Of a DNA stretch of 64,000 bases, positions 11,125 through 24,714 are shown one piece after another. Every line of letters starts with the position of its first letter. Positions within the stretch are counted from its first letter, which is position 1. The notes under the pieces were generated by a model. It saw nothing but the letters and a program-made list of their open reading frames with translations. It made no database searches and was not told where the DNA came from. Origin of the DNA: Octopus sinensis. Taxonomy: Eukaryota. Location: contig NC_043016.1 of the NCBI RefSeq assembly GCF_006345805.1, forward strand, positions 19,902,001 to 19,966,000. Reading direction: 5' to 3'. The position numbers and the translations under genes were made by a program.

Positions 11125-14100
11125 CTACAAAACAGCAATTAGTTGTAAATTGTTAAAATGCATAATAAATTAATACAGAAAAAAATAACTCGCAACATCT
11201 ATGGGTGAGATTATAATAAGACAGTAATTGACTTAAACTACTCTTGAGTATAATAACTGCATCCCTCTGCCAAGCAATGTTGAGCCAGTGTAGAAGAGTA
11301 GGCTCATCAAACCAGTCTGACCTCTTGGTGGAGAGAACATGCTGAGGCCTTCATCCTGTGGTGGACCAAACATAGGCAATCCAATCCAAGAATGAATTAA
11401 CTAAACATGAATGCTTTATGAAAGAGACATGCAGGCAGTTTGGTATTGAGAGAGCTAAGATGGTGTCTTTCATCTTTTACTTGTTTTGTCATAAGACTGT
11501 GGTTATGCTGAGAATCTGCCTTGAAGAGTTTTAATCAAACAAATCCACCACAGTACATTTTCTTTTTTTGATGTCTGGCCACCATCTATCTATCTCTTCT
11601 TTTACTTGACCATCCCATTATATTCTGATCCCCGTTACTTGTGAGTATGTCCAGCACTTCACCACCAACTCTCTCCTGCTTTCTCTCATACTATAGCTGT
11701 CTCCCACTCTCTCTCTCTCTCCTCCTGTTCTTCCCTCAGGCTGGGGTAACCTTGTACCTCCTCTACAGCAAGACACCTATTTCTGTCTCTCTGTCTTACC
11801 ATAACCTTTTATCATCCGACACAAGATCACCTCCTCCAATGTCCCTTCACCTCCCAAAGGATCCTTGTCTTGCAAGTTACTTGGTGACCCTGTCAGTGCA
11901 GGTACCACTTAAAAGGCTCCCAGTCCACAGTGTAAAGTGGTTGGCATTTGGAAAAAGCACTCACTCCATTTTACTGGGTGGTTGGTATCAGGAAGGGCAT
12001 CCAACCATAAAAACTATGCCAAAACAGACACACAAGTCTGGTGCAGGCTCCTATCAAACCATCCAGCCCATGCCAGCATGGAAGGCGGAACATTAAATAA
12101 TGATGATTATGGTACTTATTCTATCAATCTCATTTTCTGAACTGCTAGATACAGGGGCATAAACAAACCAAACGTTAAGGAATGGTTGTGTTGGTGGGGG
12201 AACAAATACAAACACGACTGGCTTCCAAACAATTTTCACCAACCTAATTCACTCATAAATCATTGATTGGCCTGAAACAATAATAGAAAATAACCTGCCC
12301 AAGGTTCTGTGCAGTGGGACTGAACCTGAAACCATGAGGTTGCAAAGCAAGCTTTTTAACCACACCTACAAGGTAACATTTAGTAGTACCATGGATACTG
12401 ATGGCACTTACCAGCATTGAGTTGTACATCATTTATGGTATGCTGCACTTCATTTTGAGCTGGAATGTCTTTCCATGTGGCTAAGAATACTCTTTTGTCC
12501 ATTTCACCGTCTTCAACAAAGTAGATATGCATTGGAACTATGCAACTGAAGTAAAACACATCAATGTTATTTTTAATGGCAACCTGAAACAAGAAAAGAA
12601 GAAAAATTATTTTTTAGCATGCTGAAAATTAAAAAACAATATATCATTTAAATATAGATATACCTTGTGTATCATCATCATCATTGTTTAACATCCGTTT
12701 TCCATGCTAGCATGGGTTGGACGGTTCGACCGAGATCTGGGAAGCCAGAAGGCTGCACCGGGCTCCAGTCTGATCTGGCAGTGTTTCTACAGCTGGATGC
12801 CCTTTCTAATGCCAACCTCTCCGTGAGTGTAGTGGGTGCTTTTTACATGCCAGGCGAGGCTGGCAATGGCCATGATCGGATTGGTGCTTTTTACGTGCCA
12901 CCGGCACAGAAGCCTGTCAAGGCGGCACTGGCATCAGCCACGTTCGGATGGTGCTTTTTACATGCCACCGGCACAGTGGATCACATACAAATAGATTTAC
13001 ACCTGCTACTGTCGAGTATAGAGCTCCATGTAAATTATCATCATCCAATCTGCTGCCAGTTCAGTGGTTTGGTTACTATTATACTTAATAGTATTGCGAG
13101 TTATGTGAGGACACATTGCCTAGTGGTTAGTGTTACACCCATGATTGTTAGATCATGGTTTCAATTCTTGACCAAATGGTGCAAAACGCTTCATCTTGCG
13201 TTGCTCTGCAATTACTCTGACACCTAATGCATTGTACACCGTGCTCCCATTCAGGCAATGTGGATTCGATGAAGGGAGAGAGAGCCAATGAGCAGCACTA
13301 ACATTTGATCACTATAAACACAAATCATTTGTGCTGGTCGTTTAACAAAAGCAAATGCTCATACATCATCTTTGATGAAAGAATCCATCATCATTACTAG
13401 TTATGATAAACACAAGTTTAATCCATACGTTCCCATATATTTCATCACTGTGGTTGTTTGGAACTTCTGCATTGGATGTTCCAAGTGCAACTAGATACTG
13501 AACTACAACAGAACAGGGAACACTAATATATAATATACAATTCTTGAATCATTTCAAACAATTTATTATTCAACCTTCTTGGTTTGAGGGGAGGGGGACA
13601 TATTTCTTTAGAAATTCATTGTCTATTATTTTAAAAAGTGATTAAAATACATCAAAAATTTGAATGAGTTTAACGAAAATAATTTTCCCATTATTACTAA
13701 AATGTTTGGAACATAGTTTAACAAAACATTATGTAATTTTTATGTATAAAGGCTGTGCTCCAGCATCGCCACAGTCAAATGACTGAAACAAGTAAAAAAA
13801 GTAAGTACCTGTAAATTAGTTAGGGGATCCATTTTCAAAACTGGTCCAACAGTATTAAGTGGTAGAGATGTGAATGCTGTTTGGTTAGGGTTCAGGGGAC
13901 CTTGTAATTGTAGAGACTGTGCTGGCTGCAGACCAAAGCTTTAAACCAAAAGAGTTTGAAAACAAGAGTTAAACAAGTAATATAAAATTAGGGGACAAAA
14001 GTCTTTTTTAAAAGAAAGAAAAGGCAACCCACAGAACATAACATGCTCAACATCACACCCTTCCTGACAACAGATTACAAAAAAAAAAAAAAACTTGAAA

Positions 14101-16807
14101 TTGAAAAATTTATGAAACTATAAATAAAAACAAATAGCATGCTGTATAAATTCAGATCCAGTATTAGTTTTGTAAAGTGGCTTAAGTGTCTGAGAAAAGG
14201 TAAGGAAGCATTCATACTGAAAGAAATTCAGGATGAATCAGTGCCTTGTCTTAAAGGTGATTCTTTGTAAAATTTCATTTATAGTTTCCCCTAAATTTTA
14301 ATAATTCTACTTTTGAAGTTTATATTCAATCAATTTTCACTGTGTTTCTAACATTTGGTTTATCAACAGAAATTCAGTTTTGGGGTGTTTTCTTTCCTCA
14401 TTGTTTGATTAATAACAAACTCATCATTCTAATATACAAAGACTTTGTAATAATGCTTTCAGTAGGATAGTTCTAGATTACAGAAATTGTTTTTGCATTA
14501 GACAACTTTTAATTAAAATGAAAACCAATGCTTCTTGGCAAATGGACTTGCCTTACACTCTCAAAATATCTAATTCATTTCATATAGTGCATTTCATAAG
14601 CAAGGCTATTGTAGAAAGTAAGTTTTTGAAAATATAAGCAAATCAGATGTTTTACAGTAACCTGCCAATGACTGTTCTACTGTCATACCTATTTTCGAAT
14701 CTTACATTAAAATGAAAAAATTATTATTAAATTCATATTAATACATAGTTGGATAAGCAATGTGTTACCAATCTCACATTTAAGTATTATCATCATAGAT
14801 TAGTTTTATTTTGATATGTGAAAATTATTTGAATTCAAAAATGTGTACTTTATATTTGATGGTAAAAATATATAAACTTTTCACCCAATAAAAAGTTTTT
14901 TCTCTTTAAGTAGAAGCTTTAATACCTGTTTTTATTGAATTGAATTGCAAATCCACCCATTGCTTGCATGGCTTTGTTGGTGAGTGTTATTTCCATCATT
15001 ATTTGACCATTCTTTCGTGTAAATGTTCCACTAACTTCAAGACCTTTTCCTTTTATAGCTGGAACCCAAACCTAAAAACATGTATTAAATTCTTTCAACT
15101 GTAGAACAAAAGACATAAGAACATAGAACAAACATTTCTCTTTTAAATGTTTGTCCTTTGTTCTTATTGAAATTTCATACAATGGACCCATCTCAACTGC
15201 TACCAGAAAACATTTGGCTTTTTTCATTTTGAACAATAACCTGAAATATGCAACAAATATTTCTTCACCCACCATTCATTCAACTTCTCTGCTCACTATT
15301 CCTGAGAGAGTCATAGAGGTAGAATCGTCTGCCACCCGAGAAGCAAATGCCATTACACTTTCTGGCTGGATTGATAAACCGAGACAGGATATTAGCCAAC
15401 CGTCTCATTCTTGGTCTACCTCTAGGTCAGCTGCCTGCTGCTCAATTTCAAGGTTCTGTCTTGTGATTCTTTCCCGCAACCTTCAAATCACATGTTCATA
15501 GTATTGGAATTGTGACCTCTCAATGCAGAGAAGTAGCAATTCAACCTGGAGAGACTCCCTGGTCTCTGAGTTATGCATCCTGTCAAGTAACGTTACTCCA
15601 GAGATCCTTCCGAGAAACCTTCATTTTGGCTGCTTGTATCCATGATTCTACTCTTTCGGTCATTCTTCACATTCATCAAAAACAAAGAATATCACATGAA
15701 CTGCAATGAATAAAGCATAATTGCTATTCAATTAATTGTTAATATGGATAGTCCACTCCACTCTGCAGGAAACATAGGACTGGTTTCTGGATTTCTTTGG
15801 CATACATATACTCCCCCTGGATAGGATGCCAGTCCATCACAGGATTACTGAATGGACTGCAGCAACGTGAAAGAACACAATGCATTGTCCAGTCCAGGAA
15901 GTGAAACCACAATTTTATGATCATAAGTCCAGCACCCTAACCACTAAGCCATGAACTTCCACAATCATTAATAGAAAATATAATTGAAAAGTTACCTCCT
16001 GAGGTGGTACATAAAACTGGGTGGCTGGCAATCCAAATATATCTCCAAGACCACCTAAAGCATCACCACTACTGACACCGGTTCCTAACTGTGAAAAGAA
16101 AAAGAAAAGAAAAAGGTTGTTAATTCAAATTTTCTGTTCTTTTATTTTCATATTCTACAGATTCAAAGCAAAAATCTTTGAAACCCTACTTGACAATCAT
16201 CATCATCGTTTAACGTCCGCTTTCCATGCTAGCATGGTACAAACATTTATTGCCTCTTGAGCAAGTTACACAATTCACCTTTTCTCAGGATGATTGACAA
16301 TAGATTTTACTCCTACATTTTATTCCTGATATCATTAATAATCAATGACGGTTCAAATACAGCCTTTTTGTTATGAAGAAAACAGCAAAATTAGAAACTT
16401 GAATGAGATTTAACTAGTACTTAGGAACAGGTGTGGCTGTGATAAGAAGCTAACTTTCCAACCACCGGTCTCAAGTTCAATCCCACTTTAACCAAGTTTC
16501 TTCTTATAGCTGGGCCAACAAAAACCTTGTGAGTGGATTTGGTAGATAAAAACTGGAGAAGTTTACCAAGTATATCATCATCATGTATATCATGTGTGTG
16601 TGTGTGACTATCGCTTTGCCCAAGTGTTTTAGAAGAATGTCACTAATGCAAGCAGTGTCCTTCATTTCCAGTCTTCCATGAAATCCTGTTTGGTCATGGG
16701 GGAAATAGATGAGGGTTGATGATAGGAAGAGTATCTGGCTGTGGAAAATCTGCCTTGACAAATTCTGTCCAACCCACGGAAGCATGAAAAAAAATGGGCA
16801 TTACACT

Positions 16808-16839
<32 letters not shown>

Positions 16840-19800
16840 GGTATACATTTGAACGTTATTGCATGCAAATAATTACAAACATCTTGCCCCCAGATCCCAC
16901 GCAAATTACTACACCCAGTTCTTACTTCTCAGAATATTGGCCCTTTGTAAATCCCTCCTTGTTCATGCTTTTTTCTGCGGCCATTGACTGGAGCTGCTCA
17001 ATCTCACAGTTATTGAGGGCCTGCAAAGGCCTTCGGCATGGTGGTTTTCTCCAGATCAAAACAATATATGTCTGATGGTTACTAGCAGAATTATTGACAC
17101 TGGGTGGCTGGCAATTATACAAACCACTCTGCAAAGTGGTTGGGGCAAGGAAGAGCATCTGGCTGCAAAACTCGTGCCAAAGCAGACAGTGAAGCTTGGC
17201 ACAGTCCCCAAGCAGCTTACCAGCTCCTAACAAACTGTCCAACCCATGCAAGCATGGAAGCCAGATGTTAAATGATGGTGACGACACAATCACACATGAA
17301 AAGGGATCGTGTCATGCAGAAACTTGATGACTTCACCAGTGCTGGTGCTACATGAAAAAAGGACTCAATACACTTTGTGAAGTGCTTAGCATTAGGAAAA
17401 GCATCCTGCCATAAAAATCATGCCAAAGTAAACACTGGAGCTCCTCTGGCTCATCAGTTTCTGTTGAACCATTCAACCCATACCAGCATGGAATAAAGGA
17501 CATGAAATAACTTATTTTTCTTTTGCTATGTGGTAGTGCGTTCAGTAGGACTGAACCTGTCATCACAGGGTTGCGCAGTGAATTTCTTAACCATACAGCC
17601 ATGCACATTATCGGTTGTGAAAATACTTGCTCCGATATCATGAATGACTGAAATTTTGTTTTTTTAATAAAAACCTTACTTACTTAAATGTAACATGAAA
17701 AAGAAAACAAAAAAATTAAAACATTTTTTAAACTTTTTTTTTAATAGATAATTTCTTTCAAATTATCGTTTTTGCATAAAAATAATACTCACTAGTGTAT
17801 CAAGTCCATCACCTAGGATATCCATTCCACCACCAGCAGTTGGAATTTGTTGAGTGGAATACATTTGTTGTTGCTGTTGTTGATGCATAGGTGGAGCAAG
17901 GTCCATGTCTAACAAATCACCAATGAGGGAATCAACTCCTGGAATTACTGTAGGTTGAGTACTATTTTGATCAGCTGACACTGTCTGGTTAGTTTGGTTA
18001 GCTTCTTCAACCAAGCTGCCACTAAATGTCAAAATAGAATTTTGAAAAAAACATTTAAATTTATTGCATTTTTCTCAAAAAAATAAAGTATATTATAATT
18101 TTCTTAAAAAATAATACAGTAATCAACTTCCATTTTGTTTTTTTTTAGTAATGTTCACATTAATGCTATATCCATTTAATATAAAGTAAATCATTTATGG
18201 AGATCTCGGATCCCACAAGCAGCAGTGAAGACAAACCATCAAAAGGAGCAGTAATTTTGAATAGGAACTGGTCCGGGAGAAAGGGGTCACTTTAATTCAA
18301 TCACAAGCAACATCTCTACAGCCTGTGGTAAATAAAACTTACTCATTCTATGCTATAAAATGTTTGGTTTTAAGGAGAGCATCCATGTGTGAAAACAATA
18401 CCTCAATATATAACACACTCGATAATAAAGACTAGCAATCTTCTCTGTAGTTGTTAGTGTCTCATGATGAAGGAGCTTCACAATGGACAGACAGTGTAAG
18501 ATCCATCAGTTCAACCCATACCAGTATGACAAAAAAAATGGCATAAAATGATGACTACTGTAATTTCAGAGTAGATGTAATCACTCAACATGCTAGAAGA
18601 TGCAAGAAATCTCCTTCACATGCACCCTACCATTTTCAAAATGGAAGGACACAAGCAGTCAAGGATGCATGCAGCCCACCAAAAAAAGGCAGGATGGTCA
18701 TGGGTAAAACAGTTTTGACTGCATATATATGACCAATATCTGCTCGACCTGAAGCTAAACAACGAACCAATCTTTCTTTTATGAAATAACCAAAAACAAT
18801 TATGAAAACAAAAAAAAAAGCCAAAAATAATCCTGAAAATTTAAAATAACAGACAGGAAGCAAAACTAGAAAGTAAAAGAAAAATTAAACTTAAACCAGG
18901 AGAAACAAAATCAGAGAAAACATATAGAATATTATTCCATCAATACATCTAACATTTTATCTAGATTGTTATGCTAATTAGTATAATGGACAAACAGAAA
19001 TTAAGTCAATGATGAAGACAGAATTGGCAGAATTTAGATAAAGTATTTTGTGGTGTTAACTAAAACATTTTTTATGTTCTCATATCAAATCCAAATTACA
19101 TCAACTTTGCCTGTCATTCTTCAAGGGTTGGTAGAAGTATGAGTCAAAGTAATGCATGTGTGTGTGTGTGGAGGGGTTCGATTTAATTGATGACACTATC
19201 ACCACAAAAAAAGATTAAGAAAACGAAGTATAGTTTAACACATCTGCTACTCTACCAATTTTGCCCTGGCCCCACTATCCCACAGTATTTCGTTAGATCT
19301 ATCTGTTTCAAGTTCAAACTTAAAATTCACAATTCTTCTTCCTGGGACCTTGCACCACACACCAGATTTGCATCCTAGTGCTAATGTTATGTCAAACGGT
19401 AGAGTACAAGTCTAGATAGAAATTTCCTTCAGTGAAATAATGGAATGTTTCTCTCACATGTGGGACAGTGATAATGTTACACAGACATCTGAAATAAATA
19501 AAGAAATGGGGTGGGGGGAGGGCACCATTTCACTAGTTGATCTGAAGTCACTCGCTAACAGTCTTCCATTCTCAGATGTACTGTCTGTTCACTGCCATCA
19601 GCTACAGCAATTACAGTGGCTTCTGCTTCTCAGAGCTGAATGATCTTGGTACCACCTACAGTCAGATACAGCCTTAACTGACACATCCCTCCTCTTGCCA
19701 TCTATGCTGTGTCAAGTTTTTCCACAAAACCCACTGGAATTCCTGCCATGTATATATTTTTTTTTTGGCAACTTGTAGTTGTCCTAGAATAATGGATCAC

Positions 19801-21522
19801 ATTAATCTCACAAGTCTTGGCAGACCTATGTAGCTTATGGACGCAGCATCTTCTTTCAGATCAAACAATAGGGAAAAAAATATAAAATGGAAGTACCCTA
19901 AGATGTGTGCTTTCACTTGGGTAATGTGACTTTGAAGAGGGAAGAGAGAGAGAAAGAGGGAGAGAGAAGACAGTAGAAAGGCCAGAATGGTGTGGGTGAA
20001 AGGAGCAACAAGTATGATGGTCGAGACGGAGTTGTTGGGGTGAAGATGAGATAGGAGCGATCAACAATAGCAGAGGTGGAAAAAGGCAAGAGTAGATGAT
20101 GGGTGAAAGAGAAATGGCTCAGGGAAGAAAGAAAGTGATGGCTGGCAGTACAGATATGGTGATGTTAGAGAGTACTAGTGACAAATGGTTCAATGCGGTC
20201 TCTTATTCATAGATCTAGTGAAGGGTGACATGTGCAGCATGATGATGATAATGGTGATGATAAGTGGGTGGAGTTTAGGGATTGAATGTGGATAGGCTTG
20301 TATTGCAAATGTGCCTATATCTGTATTAAATTTTTGTGCTTTTATGTCTTGTAACTTAACAGCTTGGCAACTAGAAACTGATATGGTGGTGCACCTAACA
20401 TGGATGCAGTCCAATGACTCTCTCTCTTTTACTCTTTTACTTGTTTCAGTCATTTGACTGCGGCCATGCTGGAGCACCGCCTTTAGTCAAGCAAATCGAC
20501 CCCGGGACTTATTCTTTGTAAGCCCAGTACTTATTCTATCGGTCTCTTTTGCCGAACCGCTAAGTTACGGGGACGTAAACACACCAGCATTGGTTGTCAA
20601 GCAATGCTAGGGGGACAAACACAGACACACAAACATACACGCACATACATATATATACGACGGGCTTCTTTCAGTTTCCGTCTACCAAATCCACTCACAA
20701 GGCTTTGGTCGGCCCGAGGCTATAGTAGAAGACACTTGCCCAAGGTGCCACGCAGTGGGACTGAACCCGGAACCATGTGGTTGGTAAACAAGCTACTTAC
20801 CACACAGCCACTGAAACCATTAAATGAATAGAAGGAATGTATGAAAAGAAAAAAACAAAAACAAATAGAACATGTGAACTTACGATGTAGAACGAGGTGG
20901 TAGAGCCTTTCGTGTACTTGAACGGCCTTCAACAAATGCATTTGGAGGTTTGTGGTAAACTGAAGCGAGACTGGCAATATGACAGATGAGTTCATCAAGA
21001 AGAGTTGGTTCTATAAGGTCCGTTTCCTCAGAGATTAAGGGTTTCTCAGCCAATACTACATCTTTTGCAGCAGCTGGGTCAGTTGAAAGGAGACGCCAAT
21101 AAATGTAGCCACGATCTCTCAAATCAGGATTATCACTATCCTTTAAGTAATAAACAAAATAAGGATTCAAACATTTGCAGAACAAAGCAGAAGGATATGT
21201 AAGCCTAAAACAATGCAATTCTCTGAAATGAACCCTTACTTTATTAAAATTATCAATAAGAAAATATTTTTCAATTAGGAACAAATTGATAATAGAATAC
21301 TGCAGACACATCCCTTACTGGCTTCAGCCGTTAACTACAACCATACTGAAGCACTGCCTTAAATGGCTTACTTAAACAAATCAACCCTAGTACTATATTC
21401 TTTTTCTTAAACCACTACTTATCCTATTGGTCTCTTTTGCTGAACCACTAATTTACAGGGATGCAAACAAACCAGCACCAGTTGTAAAGTGGTGATGTGG
21501 GACAAACATAAACATACATACG

Positions 21523-21573
<51 letters not shown>

Positions 21574-21709
21574 CAGGCTTTTTTTTCACCCACAACACTT
21601 TATTTGGTCCACGGTGATAGTAGAAGACACTTGCCCAAGGTATCACATAATAGTATTGAACCTGGGATTATGCGGTTGGGAAACAAACTTCTTACCACAC
21701 AGTCACGCT

Positions 21710-21758
<49 letters not shown>

Positions 21759-21890
21759 CACATTCATAGAATCTGTAACTAATTATGCTGCTGTTCAGGG
21801 AACATCTTTTACATCTACTTCAGTAAAAGATATATATATATATATATACATACATACACTCACACATGCAAACACACACATATATATACA

Positions 21891-21941
<51 letters not shown>

Positions 21942-24043
21942 CAAGCCTCTTTGGTAGTTTCTTCCATCTACCAGATTCCACTTACAAAATCACTGGTTAA
22001 TGTGATGTCTGAGGTACCACGTTGTGAGGTTGAACCTAGTACTATGTGGTTACAAAGCAAAATTTGTTAAGCCAGTCCTGAATTATATTTGTGGGCAAGT
22101 GGGAATAATATTGGTACAACATCAGTCAAAATACCTTGTGGTATTTATTTATGTCGTTTTTACAAATTCCACTGGGATCAGTTCTGTCCTTCATAGCTCC
22201 ACAGTTATGGAAGTATATACCAAATACACCAGTGTCAATTCTATTTACTCTACCTTCCTATACATGAATGGCTTTGTAAGAAATTGATATTTAGATAGCA
22301 TAAAACATGTAAAATCACAGATTTAAATTAGGGAATAAACTGAATGTATAATAAGAAATATTGTCGTAGTTGTTTGGCTTTCTAAAATTTGTTTAAATGG
22401 TGCCTTTCAAGCAATCTCATCTCTGTATAAAGTTGGGACAGTAGAGGCATAAACATGAAGTTAAGAAAATTTGCATCACTGTTGTGGGGTTTTGAGTTTT
22501 AAGCTTACAGAACAGCAACTTGGGTAGATGTCTTCTACAAGAGCTTTGAGCTTACCAATACCTGACAAGGTATTGATAGATGGTAGGTAGACTTGATCTG
22601 TTGCCTGGCTTAACACTAAAAACTTTATCCTTGGGTAGCCTTTAATAGAGATTATTCTAATACAAGCAATTTAGCCCACTCTTCCCTTTCTCCCACCCAT
22701 CTTATAGGCCCTGAAAGGGTCTTTCGGTACTACCCTTATTTCTCTGACATAACCATGAAAAATATTTTAGTATTAATTGTGTAACAAGTTCACTAAATAT
22801 TTTACATATAACTTCCAGATTTCTTTGAGACAAAAAAGGAGTTTAAAAAAAAATTCAAATACATATCATAAACATAAGTTTCTAATTTCAAACAACATTA
22901 GAAATTATAAGCTAAAACCATTTTACATCTTGTATTTGACTAAGTTTATAATTCTAAAACAAAGAACAGACCAAATGTGTTTGCAAATTCTTTTCTCTTT
23001 ACCTGAGTGGCCAAACTCAAAACTTGCTGAACTAGTTCTTGTGTGTCGGTGGGGCGTTTCAAAAACAGTTTCACAATAGCGGTTAACAACTGCAATTGGA
23101 CCTGCATGAAGAAACAAAGAAGTAAAAACAAAACAAAATAAAATGAGTGTCAATGTCATAGGAAGCAGTGTCATTTATTTCCAATATTCTTTGAAAACAT
23201 GTTTGGCAATGGGAGAAAATATTACCTTGCTGGGAAACAGAACAGGATTGACAACAGGAAGGGCATCCATTAAAATAATGATCATGATCACATATTTGTC
23301 CAAGAGAAGGATGGTTGATTCCATTAAATAATGTGTGTGTGTGTGTGTAAATGTATGGGTATATTTATATATGCATATACATATGTATGTATAAATATAT
23401 GTTATGTATGGAGATATATATGGGTATGTATGTTTATCAAGTAATATCGTATGTATGGAGAATGTATTGTGTCTATACAAATGTATTTATAGACATAGAT
23501 AAGCTCTCGTTTATTTATTTAATGAATGTATTGTGTATATATAATTATTTAACTAATAATTAGTTTATTTGATCAATTGTAGACCTAAATGTATATAAAT
23601 ATATGGATATGTATGTGTTTGTATATATTGATTTATATGTTGATGTATAAATATATTTGTATGTGTGTGTGTGTGTATATATATGTGTGTGTGTGTGTGT
23701 GTATCGTCAACATTTAACGTCCGTTTTCCATGCTAGCATGGGTTGGATGGTTTGACCGGGGTCTGGGTAGCCAGGAGGCTACACCAGGCTCCAATCTGAT
23801 CTGGCAGTGTTTCTACAGCTGGATGCTCTTCCTAACGCCAACCACTCCGTGAGTGTAGTAGACCTGCTGGAAAAAAAAGACAAACACAAACACATAGAGA
23901 CATAAACATGTTCTCTCTCTCTCTCTCTCTCTCCTTCTCAATCGTAAAGGATACAATCCAAAACTTCCAGTTCTGTTTGGTTCGATTCTCAACATAATCT
24001 TGAAACAAGATCCTCAAATTGGTTTTAGGGTAGCTCACCCGAT

Positions 24044-24081
<38 letters not shown>

Positions 24082-24677
24082 ACATGTGATTGAATTTTTA
24101 TATGCTTTATTAAATTTTGTAGATAAATATTCATGTATTAACTTACACTTGTATTGCTTATTATAAGAATTCTTTGTTTACGATTAATATTTGAAAGTTA
24201 ATTTAAGGATATACATAGTAATTACGGGAGATTAACACGGTATGTTTACTTAATCATTCGGTCTTCTATATACTAACCGTAACTGAGACGTAGAAATTCA
24301 AATTTGTTAACCAATTAGATAAAACTTATGATTAAAAATAATCACTCCCTAACCCCCAATAGTTTTAAAACTCTAAAATATTAATATATAACATATAACA
24401 TGGCCCTTATAGCTAATCTATTATATCTTAACAACTGTTTTCTTGTTATGAAATATTCTGTAAAAATATTCTGTGAAATCATATTAATTAGATGGAAAAA
24501 CATATACATATACGTATAATTTCACTGTGAGGAAAAGAAAAAAAAATCCTCATATAGATATTGGTGTATATTTGTATGTATGTATATATATGTACATGTT
24601 GCTTCTATTTGTTGCCAATACACATGGACTTATGTGTATGAAGAAGATCAATATTGTAACAACCCTGGTCTAACTGT

Positions 24678-24714
<37 letters not shown>

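Noticed and set aside
16922-17293. 123-aa minus-strand ORF ending near a GTAAG donor, considered as an extra hinge exon
   Set aside because: The 5' half is an RTE tail read antisense and the rest looks like decayed retroelement sequence; no adaptin similarity and incompatible phase.
17678-17720. Possible 3-nt microexon TAA (tttaag|TAA|gtaagg) about 110 nt after exon 15
   Set aside because: It would be a bare stop codon, and the pattern arises easily from an aagtaagtaagg repeat; no supporting evidence.
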